Shown: one piece after another, positions 40,981 through 50,518 of the stretch | Numbering within the stretch: the first letter of the stretch is position 1 | Layout: each line of letters begins with the position of its first letter | Assembly (NCBI GenBank): GCA_963667845.2 | Contig: CAXXVL010000002.1 | Location: 3,072,001-3,136,000 of the forward strand | Length of the DNA stretch: 64,000 nucleotides | From: Smithellaceae bacterium | Lineage (GTDB): Bacteria; Desulfobacterota; Syntrophia; Syntrophales; Smithellaceae | Reading direction: 5' to 3' | Position numbers and translations under genes: made by a program | Notes under the pieces: model-generated | The model's input: the letters and a program-made list of their open reading frames with translations, nothing else | Database searches by the model: none | What the model was told of the DNA's origin: nothing

Positions 40981-42651
40981 ATGCGGAAACCCAAACAAGA
41001 TAAACCTGAGAACCATTTGCAGCCGATTCTGGAAATTGCCTCGTCTGTCGGTCTTACGGAAAATGATCTCGAATTATACGGCCGTTACAAAGCGAAAGTT
41101 CGATTGGAAGCGATAAAACGATTCGAACGACGGAAAAAAAGCGCCCTCATTCTGGTATCGGCCATGACGCCGACGCCCGCAGGCGAAGGAAAGACAACGG
41201 TCTCTATCGGACTGGCTCAGGCCCTCGCCAAAATTGGTAAACGGACCATAGCCGCCCTGCGTGAACCGTCGCTGGGACCCGTCTTCGGCCTCAAAGGGGG
41301 AGCGACAGGAGGAGGAATGTCGCGGGTGCACCCGACGGATGATATCAATTTACACTTCACCAATGACTTCCCGGCTATCGAAAGTGCCCATAACCTGTTG
41401 TCGGCGATTCTCGATAATTCCATTTTTCACGGCAATCCGCTCAATATCGATCCGCGAAAAATCACGTGGCGCAGGGTCATGGATATGAATGATCGATCTC
41501 TTCGGGATATTGTTATCGGCCTGGGCGGCTCGACAAACGGCGTTCCGAGGGAAACCGGATTCGACATTGTGCCATCGAGTGAAATTATGGCGATCCTGTG
41601 CCTTTCCCGCTCCTATGAAGAACTGAAGAACAAGATTCGTAAAACGCTGGTCGGCTTCACATACGGAGATCAGCCGGTCATTGCCAGTGATCTTAAGGTC
41701 GAGGGAGCTCTAACCGCGCTCTTGAAGTATGCGCTCCTCCCCAATCTTGTGCAGACGACCGAGGGCGTACCGGCGATTATTCATGGAGGACCGTTTGCCA
41801 ATATAGCCCAGGGAACCAACAGCATCATCGGTACGGATCTGGCGCTTCGACTGGCGGATTATGTGGTGACCGAGGCGGGTTTTGGTTTTGATCTCGGAGC
41901 TGAGAAGTATTTCGATATTGTCGCCCCCTATGGTGATTTGAATCCCCGGATTGTCGTGCTCGTCGCTACCGTCCGTGCCCTGAAATACCATGCCGGCATC
42001 GATCAGTCGGATCTCAATATTCCGAATCCGCACGCGGCGGTACTGGGGATGGCAAATCTGCGCAAGCACTATGAAAACATCGATAAATTCAATGTGCCGT
42101 GCATTATTGCCTTAAATCGATTCCCGTCCGACGCTGATGAAGAAATTCGGGCCGTCGCGGAGGCTGCCGAAAATGAAGGAATGAACATCGCCGTTGCGGA
42201 CGTTTTTGCGCGGGGTGGGCAGGGCGGTGTGGATCTGGCTGAAAAGACGGTTTCGCTGATCGACGCGGCCACGGGAAGGTATCAGCCCCTTTATGACTGG
42301 AAATCGCCGGTGGAAGATAAGATCTTTAAAGTGGCGAGCGAAATATACGGCGCCGTCTCAATCGATTACCAGCCTCAGGCCAGGCGTAATCTCGATCTGA
42401 TAAAGAAACTCGGCTATGACAAGCTTCCGGTGTGCATTGCCAAAACCCAGCAATCCCTCTCCGATAACCCGAGTCTGTTGGGATTGCCGAGCGACTTCAT
42501 CGTGACCGTCCGCGAAATAAAAATCGCATCGGGGGCGGGCTTCTTGATTCCCATTACGGGCGAAATTCTGCGCATGCCCGGGCTTTCCAGGGCCCCGGCC
42601 GCCAACCGTATTGATATCGATGACGCCGGAAAGATTACGGGCATCGTTTAG
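40981..42651 (+). CDS. fhs: Formate--tetrahydrofolate ligase
   Basis: PTPAGEGKTT, REPSLGP.FG.KGGA, HGGPFANIA, TEAGFG, MPGL. Confidence 0.96.
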   Translation: MRKPKQDKPENHLQPILEIASSVGLTENDLELYGRYKAKVRLEAIKRFERRKKSALILVSAMTPTPAGEGKTTVSIGLAQALAKIGKRTIAALREPSLGPVFGLKGGATGGGMSRVHPTDDINLHFTNDFPAIESAHNLLSAILDNSIFHGNPLNIDPRKITWRRVMDMNDRSLRDIVIGLGGSTNGVPRETGFDIVPSSEIMAILCLSRSYEELKNKIRKTLVGFTYGDQPVIASDLKVEGALTALLKYALLPNLVQTTEGVPAIIHGGPFANIAQGTNSIIGTDLALRLADYVVTEAGFGFDLGAEKYFDIVAPYGDLNPRIVVLVATVRALKYHAGIDQSDLNIPNPHAAVLGMANLRKHYENIDKFNVPCIIALNRFPSDADEEIRAVAEAAENEGMNIAVADVFARGGQGGVDLAEKTVSLIDAATGRYQPLYDWKSPVEDKIFKVASEIYGAVSIDYQPQARRNLDLIKKLGYDKLPVCIAKTQQSLSDNPSLLGLPSDFIVTVREIKIASGAGFLIPITGEILRMPGLSRAPAANRIDIDDAGKITGIV

Positions 42652-42684
42652 AACTCGTCGCCGCGTGATAAACCATATAAAATC

Positions 42685-42713
42685 TTGACAGTCTCTTTTC
42701 CTTTTAATATATT
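42685..42713 (+). promoter_or_regulatory. sigma70-type promoter of gltA
   Basis: TTGACA-17 bp-TATATT. Confidence 0.6.
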
Positions 42714-42859
42714 AACAAAACAAATAAGTTGATTCTATAAACCAACCCATACTGGCTTTTGCAGAGAAGTAAAATCTCTTTATCACACTTATTTAAGATG
42801 TTCAGAGTGCATGGTTTGCACCGTAAATAAATTATGGATTGACTACCGGGAGAACAAAA

Positions 42860-44149
42860 ATGGAAAAAGCAACGCTGACATTCGATGGAATGAAATATGA
42901 AATGCCGATCATCGCGGGCACGGAAGGTGAGAAGGGCATAGACATATCGAAATTACGGCAGGAAACCGGCTTAATAACAGTGGATGCCGGCTACCAGAAT
43001 ACCGGGTCGTGCATGTCGGCAATTACTTTTATCGACGGCGATAAGGGGATCTTGAGATACAGAGGCATTCCCATCGAAGAACTTGCGGAAAAAGCCAGTT
43101 TTACGGAAGTAGCTTATCTGCTGATCTACGGTGACCTTCCGAATAAGGCTCAGCAGCAGATTTTTTCACAACGCCTCACACAGAATTCCATGATTCACGA
43201 AGAAATGCTGAGGTTCTTTGACGGATTCCCGCCCACCGCGCATCCGATGGCTATTCTGGCAACGATGGTCAACTCCATGTCCGTTTATTATACGGACTAT
43301 TTTACGGAAGATTTTCAGGCGGAAACGTTTGACCTCATGGCCGCCTCGCTGATTTCGAGAATTCGGACGATTGCGGCTTATTCGTACAAGCACAGCATAG
43401 GGCATCCGCATGTTTATCCCAAGCGCGATTTGAAATACGCATCGAACTTCCTTTATATGATGTTCGATTCTCCGGTGAATCCCTATGTTCCGGACCCGGA
43501 CATTGAAAAGGCTCTCTCCACATTATTGATCTTACATGCCGACCACGAGCAAAATTGCAGCACGTCAACCGTCCGTCTGGTTGGCAGCAGTATGGCGAAT
43601 CTTTATGCTTCCATCTGCGCGGGAATTTGTGCTCTGTGGGGGCCGCTGCACGGCGGCGCGAATCAGAAGGTGATCGAAATGCTGGAAAATATCAAGAAAG
43701 ACAATGTGACGATCGAGCAATGTATTGCATCCGCCAAGGATAGAGAAAGTAAATTCCGTCTGTTTGGCTTCGGCCATCGTGTATATAAGAATTACGACCC
43801 TCGTGCCAGAATTTTGAAACAATACTGCGAGACCATCTTTAAAAAATATAATTATCAGGACCCGCTCATCAACATCGCCATGGAGTTGGAAGATGCCGCC
43901 CTTAAAGACGAGTTTTTTGTCGAAAGGAAACTGTATCCGAACGTAGATTTCTACAGCGGCATTCTATATCGGATGATTGGAATTCCGACGGATATGTTTA
44001 CGGTCATGTTTGCCATCGGCAGGCTGCCCGGCATGATCGCTCAGTGGAAGGAAATGCATGATTCCGTGCCGTTTAGAATCGGCAGGCCCAGACAAATTTA
44101 CACGGGAAGCAATTTACGAAACTATGTGCCGCTCACCGAACGGTCATAA
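42860..44149 (+). CDS. gltA: Si-type citrate synthase
   Basis: HADHEQNCST, GPLHGGAN, GFGHRVY, YPNVDFYSG. Confidence 0.96.
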   Translation: MEKATLTFDGMKYEMPIIAGTEGEKGIDISKLRQETGLITVDAGYQNTGSCMSAITFIDGDKGILRYRGIPIEELAEKASFTEVAYLLIYGDLPNKAQQQIFSQRLTQNSMIHEEMLRFFDGFPPTAHPMAILATMVNSMSVYYTDYFTEDFQAETFDLMAASLISRIRTIAAYSYKHSIGHPHVYPKRDLKYASNFLYMMFDSPVNPYVPDPDIEKALSTLLILHADHEQNCSTSTVRLVGSSMANLYASICAGICALWGPLHGGANQKVIEMLENIKKDNVTIEQCIASAKDRESKFRLFGFGHRVYKNYDPRARILKQYCETIFKKYNYQDPLINIAMELEDAALKDEFFVERKLYPNVDFYSGILYRMIGIPTDMFTVMFAIGRLPGMIAQWKEMHDSVPFRIGRPRQIYTGSNLRNYVPLTERS

Positions 44150-44160
44150 GAAGAGAGCGG

Positions 44161-44223
44161 GAATCAGCCACCTCGCAGCAAGCTACGGAGAATTAACGCT
44201 CGTCCCGCAAATCTGGATTAAAA
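44161..44223 (+). repeat. Palindromic miniature element, copy B (internally deleted)
   Basis: Same 5' and 3' ends as 57885-57988, joined at the TCGCAGCAAGC internal repeat. Confidence 0.85.
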
Positions 44224-44231
44224 ACTTTTTC

Positions 44232-44260
44232 TTGACTTTTTTCGGCCATTTGCCTATACA
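44232..44260 (+). promoter_or_regulatory. sigma70-type promoter of the leader/ABC operon
   Basis: TTGACT-17 bp-TATACA. Confidence 0.65.
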
Positions 44261-44282
44261 CGCGGCTCAAGAGGTAGTGAAA

Positions 44283-44375
44283 ATGTTGAAAGACAATCTG
44301 ATTTTTCAGGCAGCACGATATTACTTTTACTTTTTTAGCTTTAGAGGCTACAAGGTCTGCCTGAAAGTATCATGA
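44283..44375 (+). CDS. Phe/Tyr-rich attenuator leader peptide (30 aa)
   Basis: AAGAGGT RBS; MLKDNLIFQAARYYFYFFSFRGYKVCLKVS; overlaps alternative hairpins. Confidence 0.8.
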   Translation: MLKDNLIFQAARYYFYFFSFRGYKVCLKVS

Positions 44376-44394
44376 CCGATCGTAAAGGGAAATG

Positions 44395-44433
44395 AACCGT
44401 GGGCAGATTAAAATTTGCTCACGGTTTTTTTTT
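44395..44433 (+). terminator. Attenuator terminator hairpin (3:4)
   Basis: AACCGTGGGCAGAT-TAAA-ATTTGCTCACGGTT plus a T-run, 40 bp upstream of the SBP start. Confidence 0.88.
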
Positions 44434-44472
44434 GTCGGAAAGTCACAAAAATAAAACGAGGGGGACGGGAAA

Positions 44473-45678
44473 ATGAAAAGATGCGGCAGTATTTTACTAG
44501 CGCTGTTATTCTGCACGTTCATCGTCGTCGGACAGGCACAAGCCCAGACGAAGACGATTAAAGTCGGCGCGGCCATTAACCTGACCGGTCCGGCATCCAG
44601 CTGGGGGAAATTTCACGAAAAAGGTCAGCGGGATTATTTCCAGTATGTCAACGATGTCAAAGGCGGCGTAGCCGGGTATCGAATCAACATGATCACGGTT
44701 GATACGGCATACAAGGTGCCGGAAGCACAGGCGGCCGTGCGCAAATTTGTCATGCAGGATAAAGTGGACATGATCGCCACTTGGGGCGCCGGCGAAGGTC
44801 TGGCGGCAAAGCCCATTATACAGGAATACAAAGTCCCGACCATCAATTACTCCACGAGCTGGGAAATTCTGGAAAAACCGGTCGATTACATGTATCTGCC
44901 CTTCGGCAGTTACAAAATGGATTGCCAGGCTGTTCTTGAATATATCAAAGCCATTCATAAGAGCAAAGAGGCGCCGAAGGTCGGACTGCTCACCTACAAT
45001 AACGCGTACGGTCGTTCGATTCATGCACCCAGCAAGGACTACGCGGCGAAGTTGGGCATTAAACTCGTTGCCATCGAGGAGTTTCCACCCCGCACCGTTG
45101 ATCTCAACACGGAATTGCTCAGGCTGCAGAAGGCCGGGGCCGAATATATCTTCATTCAGATGTTACCGTCTGCAATTATCACGGCCTTCAAAAGCGCCGA
45201 TCGTATCAAATACAATCCGCTATTTCTGGGCACCTGGACATCCACCGATCCCGACTTTTTCAAAATGGGCAAAGGGCTGATTCGCAACCGCCTGGTCATG
45301 CAGTTTCCCGGCGGACTGCCCTCCGATAATGTTAAGGGCATGGCCGTGATGAAAGAACTCTGGAAGCGATATAAGACCGTGGATTCGTTTGATGCCGCAT
45401 ACTGGGAGGGGGTTGCGGTCGGCATGATTATGGAGCGGGCCTTTCTCAGAGCTTATGAAAAGTCCAAGGCTATTAATCCGACAACCGTGAATGCGGCAAT
45501 GGAATCGATGAAAAATGAAGATTTCGGCGGACTGCTTCCGGCGGTGACCTATACGAAGGATAATCACGAAGCCTCCTTTATGGCACGCATGGTCAGAGTG
45601 AAGGAAGATGGAACCTATATTCCCTTGACAAATTTTTATGTACCGGGGAAAGATAAAATTAAATTGATCAATAAGTAG
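44473..45678 (+). CDS. LivJ-like (HAAT family) ABC substrate-binding protein
   Basis: Signal peptide, IKVG....LTGP, N..GGV.G, DT.Y. Confidence 0.88.
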   Translation: MKRCGSILLALLFCTFIVVGQAQAQTKTIKVGAAINLTGPASSWGKFHEKGQRDYFQYVNDVKGGVAGYRINMITVDTAYKVPEAQAAVRKFVMQDKVDMIATWGAGEGLAAKPIIQEYKVPTINYSTSWEILEKPVDYMYLPFGSYKMDCQAVLEYIKAIHKSKEAPKVGLLTYNNAYGRSIHAPSKDYAAKLGIKLVAIEEFPPRTVDLNTELLRLQKAGAEYIFIQMLPSAIITAFKSADRIKYNPLFLGTWTSTDPDFFKMGKGLIRNRLVMQFPGGLPSDNVKGMAVMKELWKRYKTVDSFDAAYWEGVAVGMIMERAFLRAYEKSKAINPTTVNAAMESMKNEDFGGLLPAVTYTKDNHEASFMARMVRVKEDGTYIPLTNFYVPGKDKIKLINK

Positions 45679-45689
45679 AATGATTAAAG

Positions 45690-45722
45690 GGCGGGGATGC
45701 CGGACGATCCGGTACTCCCGCC
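45690..45722 (+). other. Intercistronic stem-loop after the SBP gene (possible mRNA stabiliser)
   Basis: GGCGGGG-A-TGCCGGA-CGA-TCCGGTA-C-TCCCGCC with no T-run. Confidence 0.5.
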
Positions 45723-45759
45723 GGAATAAACGCGGGTGAACGCTCCCGTCGAGGTAGTC

Positions 45760-46590
45760 ATGAAGGCATTCCGCAGCCGGCCGTCGATTATGATCAACCG
45801 GCCTGAAGCAGTTAAAAAAGCCGAATTGGAAATAAAAAATTTGCGTCTTAGTTTCGGCGGTGTTGTGGCGGTCAAAGACGTTGATCTGACCGTGCACACC
45901 GGTGAACTGATGGCAGTGATCGGACCCAACGGTGCCGGCAAGACCAGTTTGTTAAACTGCATAACCGGCTTTTATCATCCGCAACAGGGGCACATCATCT
46001 TCAATGGCCGGGATATCACGCATCTGCATACGCACGAACTCGTCGGGGTCGGCATCGGCAGAACCTTTCAAAACATTGAACTGTTCCCCGGCATGACCGT
46101 TCTGGCCAACATGACGCTGGCACGTCATATTCACTGCCGGTACAGCTTCTGGCGTTCCTGCCTTTTCTCACCCGGTGTTCGGAAAGAAGAAATCCGGCAT
46201 CGTCAAATTCTCGAAGAGATTATCGATTTTCTTGAAATGCAGTCTATCCGCAAACAGACGGTCGGTTCTCTGCCCTACGGCATGATGAAACGCGTGGAAC
46301 TGGGCCGGGCGCTGGCTCTCGAACCAAAACTACTGATTCTGGACGAACCCTTCGCCGGCATGAACTTGGAAGAAAAAGAAGACATGGTGCGTTTCCTGTT
46401 GGAGCTGAACGGGCGATGGGGAGTTACCATGATCCTGGTGGAACATGACATGTCCATCGTCATGAGTATTGCCCAGCGGATTACTGTACTGAATTTCGGC
46501 GAGAAACTGGGGGAAGGCAATCCGGATGAAGTCGGCGCCAACCCCGAAGTGATCAAAGCATATCTGGGCGATTCTCAGGCGATTGAATGA
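45760..46590 (+). CDS. LivG-like ABC ATPase
   Basis: FGGV.A, GPNGAGKT, RTFQN, LPYG..KRVE, AYLG; GAGGT RBS before ATG 45760. Confidence 0.9.
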   Translation: MKAFRSRPSIMINRPEAVKKAELEIKNLRLSFGGVVAVKDVDLTVHTGELMAVIGPNGAGKTSLLNCITGFYHPQQGHIIFNGRDITHLHTHELVGVGIGRTFQNIELFPGMTVLANMTLARHIHCRYSFWRSCLFSPGVRKEEIRHRQILEEIIDFLEMQSIRKQTVGSLPYGMMKRVELGRALALEPKLLILDEPFAGMNLEEKEDMVRFLLELNGRWGVTMILVEHDMSIVMSIAQRITVLNFGEKLGEGNPDEVGANPEVIKAYLGDSQAIE

Positions 46591-48533
46591 AGAGGCTTGA
46601 ACATTTGGACAAGGCAAACGCACATCAATCAACAAGACCTCAAGTCACTTTGCCGCAATTGCTGGCGAAGAACGCCGAAACTTACGGCGATGCAAAGACG
46701 GCCATCCGTGAAAAAGCATACGGCATCTGGCAGAAATACACCTGGAATGATTATTTCAATTACGTAAAAAAAACCGCTGCGGGCTTTGCCGCCCTGAAGA
46801 TGAAGCGGGGTGATAACCTCTGCATGATTGTAAACAACTCGCCCGAGTGGCTTTTTACCGAACTGGCCACGCACTCTCTGGGTGCAACGACTCTTAACTT
46901 ATTTACGTCCTCGATTGCTGATGAGCTCGCTTTCTCCATCGGTCGCATTCATTCACCCCTGGTCGTCGTTCAGGATCAGGAACAGGTCGATAAGCTAATC
47001 GAAGCCAAGGACAAATTGCCTCATGTGCAGAAAGTTGTATATATTGATCCTACCGGAATGACATCTTACGAAAATGATCCCTGGCTGATCAGTTATGCAG
47101 CCCTTCTCGATAACGGCGAAAAGTTTATTGCGGATCATCCGCAATATGTTGAAGACGAAATCGGCAAGGGAAGGCCGCGGGATATCGCCGTCATGATTCA
47201 GACCTCCGGAACAACCGGCGTACCCAAAATAGCGATGTTGTCGCACCGCAATCTGGCAACGATGGCTGTTCAGTGGGCTCAGGCGGAAAATATTCAAGCG
47301 GAAGAAAACTGGATTTCCATGTCACCGCCCGCCTGGATCGTCGATCAGATGTGGGGCCTGGGCGTAGCGCTGGGGAGCGGGATGACGATGAATTTTCCTG
47401 AGACGCCCGAGACCATTCTGGAAGACTTTCGGGATATCGGTCCTTCCATTCTCATCACGGCTTCCCGGTTTTGGGAAGATATGGCATCGCGCATTCGCGT
47501 CAAAATCTCCGATGCCAGCTGGATCAAAAGACGACTTTTCTACTGGGGTGAGCGCGTCGGCCGATCGGTTGTCGAAAAGAAATTGCACAAGCAGACCATT
47601 TCCTGGCCGACAAAAGTCCTGTATCAATTTTTGACTCTGGCCGTTTACAACCCGTTGCTGGACCGCCTGGGCTGCTCCCATTTTCACAGCGCATTCACCG
47701 GCGGCCACCCGATCAGTCCGGATGTCATCGGATTCTTTCGGGCCATCGGTCTTAATCTAAAACAGTGCTATGGCCTCACTGAATCCTGCGGCATTTTTCA
47801 GATTCAGCCCGACGATGAAGTCAAACTGGAAACCGTTGGGAAGCCTCTGCCGCTGACCGAGGTGAAGCTAGCCGAAGACCAGGAAGTCCTGGTAAAGTCG
47901 GAGGCCAATTTCTCAGGCTACTATGACGATTACAAATCGACGGAAGCGGCATTTGAGAACGGATGGCTGAAAACCGGCGATGCAGGCTACATTGACGAAG
48001 GAGGGCATCTGCTGATTATCGGCCGGAAGGAAGACATCATCCGCAATAAGAGCGGTGATGCGTTTTCGCCCGATTTTATTGAAACGCGGCTCAAATTCAG
48101 CCCGTATATCAAAGAGGCGGTCACCTTCGGAGAAGCCCGTCCGTATATTACCGCGATGATCAATATTGATATGGGCAATGTCGGCAACTGGGCCGAAGAC
48201 AAAATGATCCCTTATACGACATACATGGATTTATCCCAGCAAAAGGCTGTAGAAGAACTCATTCTCAAACAAGTCCGGCAGGTCAACGAGCAGCTCCCCG
48301 AAGTCATGAAGATTAAGAAGTTCGTCCTGCTGTATAAGCTGCTCGACGCGGACGATGATGAACTGACCCGCACCGGAAAAGTGCGCCGGCGTTTCGTTTA
48401 CGGCCTGTATCTTAAAATCATCGAAGCCATGTACGGCGGGCTCAAGAATGTTCAGGTGACGGGGAAGATTCGCTATCGCGACGGAAGAATCGGTGAGATC
48501 GAAACAACCATCAATATGATCAGCGTGGATTGA
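46587..48533 (+). CDS. AMP-forming acyl-CoA ligase (long-chain-fatty-acid CoA ligase-like)
   Basis: TSGTTGVPK, YGLTE, TGD.G, GRK, ELTRTGK. Confidence 0.9.
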   Translation: MKRLEHLDKANAHQSTRPQVTLPQLLAKNAETYGDAKTAIREKAYGIWQKYTWNDYFNYVKKTAAGFAALKMKRGDNLCMIVNNSPEWLFTELATHSLGATTLNLFTSSIADELAFSIGRIHSPLVVVQDQEQVDKLIEAKDKLPHVQKVVYIDPTGMTSYENDPWLISYAALLDNGEKFIADHPQYVEDEIGKGRPRDIAVMIQTSGTTGVPKIAMLSHRNLATMAVQWAQAENIQAEENWISMSPPAWIVDQMWGLGVALGSGMTMNFPETPETILEDFRDIGPSILITASRFWEDMASRIRVKISDASWIKRRLFYWGERVGRSVVEKKLHKQTISWPTKVLYQFLTLAVYNPLLDRLGCSHFHSAFTGGHPISPDVIGFFRAIGLNLKQCYGLTESCGIFQIQPDDEVKLETVGKPLPLTEVKLAEDQEVLVKSEANFSGYYDDYKSTEAAFENGWLKTGDAGYIDEGGHLLIIGRKEDIIRNKSGDAFSPDFIETRLKFSPYIKEAVTFGEARPYITAMINIDMGNVGNWAEDKMIPYTTYMDLSQQKAVEELILKQVRQVNEQLPEVMKIKKFVLLYKLLDADDDELTRTGKVRRRFVYGLYLKIIEAMYGGLKNVQVTGKIRYRDGRIGEIETTINMISVD

Positions 48534-48543
48534 GGAGCAGGGT

Positions 48544-49422
48544 ATGGATTTTTTTCTGCAATTATTGGTTAACGGCATCTGCGTCGGGCTGTTGTATGGT
48601 ATTTCCGCCATGGGCTTTGTCATGATTTTTAAAGCGTCGAGCGTCCTTAACTTTGCGCACGGCGAGCTTCTGGCTCTGGGCGCTTTCTTTTTTCTCTCCC
48701 TGGTAACCTGGGGTAAAATTCCCGTGGCGGCAGCATTCGTCCTGACTCTGGGCGGATGCTTTTTGCTTGGATTTGTGATCGAGAGGTTTTTCTTAAGGCC
48801 GCTTATCGGTGAAAAATTGATTTTTGTCATCATGCTCACTGTTGGTCTGGCGGCCATGTTCAAAGGTCTCATTCTGCTGATCTGGGGAGGCAACCTGCAC
48901 ACCTATCCGGAATTTCTGCCGCCCTCGCTCGAGCTTCATTTAGGCTCGATCTATATCGCTCCCGTATATTCGGCCACGCTGGTGATCAGCATTGTTTTCC
49001 TGATCCTTTTCGGTTTGTTTTTTAAGAAATCTTCACAGGGAATATTCATGCGGTCCGTGGCAGACAACCAGAAGGCAGCGTTATCGCTGGGTGTTCATGT
49101 CCGCCGCGTCTTTGCTCTGTCCTGGGCGATCGCTGCGATGGTGGCCTGTATGAGCGGTATCGTTCTCGGCATCATTAACGGCGTGAATGTTCATGACTTG
49201 AGTGCGATCGGTCTGAAAGTATTTCCCGTGGTCATTTTAGGAGGTCTAGACAGCATTGGCGGCGCAATTATCGGCGGGATTATCATCGGTCTTCTCGAAA
49301 CCTTCACAGGCGGTTATCTGTCGCCTTCGTTGCGTGATGTTGTCCCGTACATTGTACTGGTCTTTATTTTGATGGTCAAACCTTATGGACTGTTCGGACT
49401 GGTCGAGATTGAAAGAGTATAA
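48544..49422 (+). CDS. LivH-like ABC permease
   Basis: NFAHG, GGLDS..G, KPYGLFG. Confidence 0.9.
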   Translation: MDFFLQLLVNGICVGLLYGISAMGFVMIFKASSVLNFAHGELLALGAFFFLSLVTWGKIPVAAAFVLTLGGCFLLGFVIERFFLRPLIGEKLIFVIMLTVGLAAMFKGLILLIWGGNLHTYPEFLPPSLELHLGSIYIAPVYSATLVISIVFLILFGLFFKKSSQGIFMRSVADNQKAALSLGVHVRRVFALSWAIAAMVACMSGIVLGIINGVNVHDLSAIGLKVFPVVILGGLDSIGGAIIGGIIIGLLETFTGGYLSPSLRDVVPYIVLVFILMVKPYGLFGLVEIERV

Positions 49423-49437
49423 AAGGCATAAATATTT

Positions 49438-50508
49438 ATGAAGAAATTATCCTTTCATCCCTGCGGCAATTTTCACGAAGATTATGCTCAGGAGTTGACC
49501 ATTTTCGAAACCTGGTACGGCCGGGTAAGCCTCATCGCATTTCTGATTTTACTCTTCGGGATCGCGCCTTTTTTCCTCAGCTCCTATTTGCTCTATATTT
49601 TGAATAACATCGGGATTATGGCGATTGCGGCCATCGGCCTCAACATCCTCATCGGATACACGGGGCAAATTTCACTCGGTCACGGCGCGTTCTTCGGCGT
49701 CGGCGCTTACGCGGGGGCCATTTTGGCGACTCGCCTGGGCCTGCCGTTCTATCTATCGATTCCGGCCGCCGGCATCATCACCGCCATGATCGGCATGATT
49801 TTCGGGATTCCCTCCGGCAGACTGAAGGGCCTGTATCTGACCATCGCCACACTTGCGGGCCAGTTCATTATCGAATATGTTCTTATTCAGTGGGAAAGCC
49901 TGACGAAAGGCACAATGGGGATTACACTGCCCGGGCCCAGCATCCTGGGCTGGACCATTGCGGGGGACAAATCCTTTTTCTTCTTAATCTTCATTTGCCT
50001 GGTTTTAATGACTTGGTTTGCCGTCAACATCATGCGCAGCAAATACGGCCGCGCATTTATCGCTATCCGGGACAATGACCGCGCCGCGGAAGGCATGGGT
50101 ATTCCGATTTTCAAGTATAAACTGCTGTCGTTCGCCATCAGCTCATTCTATGCAGGTTTTGCCGGCGCGATCTGGGCGTACTACATGGTGAGCATTACCA
50201 CCGAACCCTTCAACCTCTCCCTCTCCGTGGAGTTTATTGCCATGGTCATCATCGGCGGGATGGGTAATATTCCCGGTGCGATTTTTGGTGCGACATTTAT
50301 CACCGTTTTGAACGAAGCCCTGCGCTATGCGACCGGAGTTTTAATGAATGTCGGCTTTGTCACCAGCATGGGGCTCAATATGGCGCCGCTGCGCGAATTC
50401 ATTTTCGGCCTGGCTATTGTTTTGTTTATTCTGCTGGAACCGAAGGGGATTGCGGAACTATGGCGGATCTTGCGCTCCAATTTCCGGCTCTGGCCGTTTT
50501 CTTACTAG
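49438..50508 (+). CDS. LivM-like ABC permease
   Basis: GYTGQISLGH.AF, RLKGLYL.IATL, AIRD. Confidence 0.9.
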   Translation: MKKLSFHPCGNFHEDYAQELTIFETWYGRVSLIAFLILLFGIAPFFLSSYLLYILNNIGIMAIAAIGLNILIGYTGQISLGHGAFFGVGAYAGAILATRLGLPFYLSIPAAGIITAMIGMIFGIPSGRLKGLYLTIATLAGQFIIEYVLIQWESLTKGTMGITLPGPSILGWTIAGDKSFFFLIFICLVLMTWFAVNIMRSKYGRAFIAIRDNDRAAEGMGIPIFKYKLLSFAISSFYAGFAGAIWAYYMVSITTEPFNLSLSVEFIAMVIIGGMGNIPGAIFGATFITVLNEALRYATGVLMNVGFVTSMGLNMAPLREFIFGLAIVLFILLEPKGIAELWRILRSNFRLWPFSY

Positions 50509-50518
50509 GATAATATGT

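Noticed and set aside
44058..44282. 5' part of the tracked 105-aa ORF
   Set aside because: It overlaps gltA, the repeat and the promoter; only the RBS-preceded ATG at 44283 is credible
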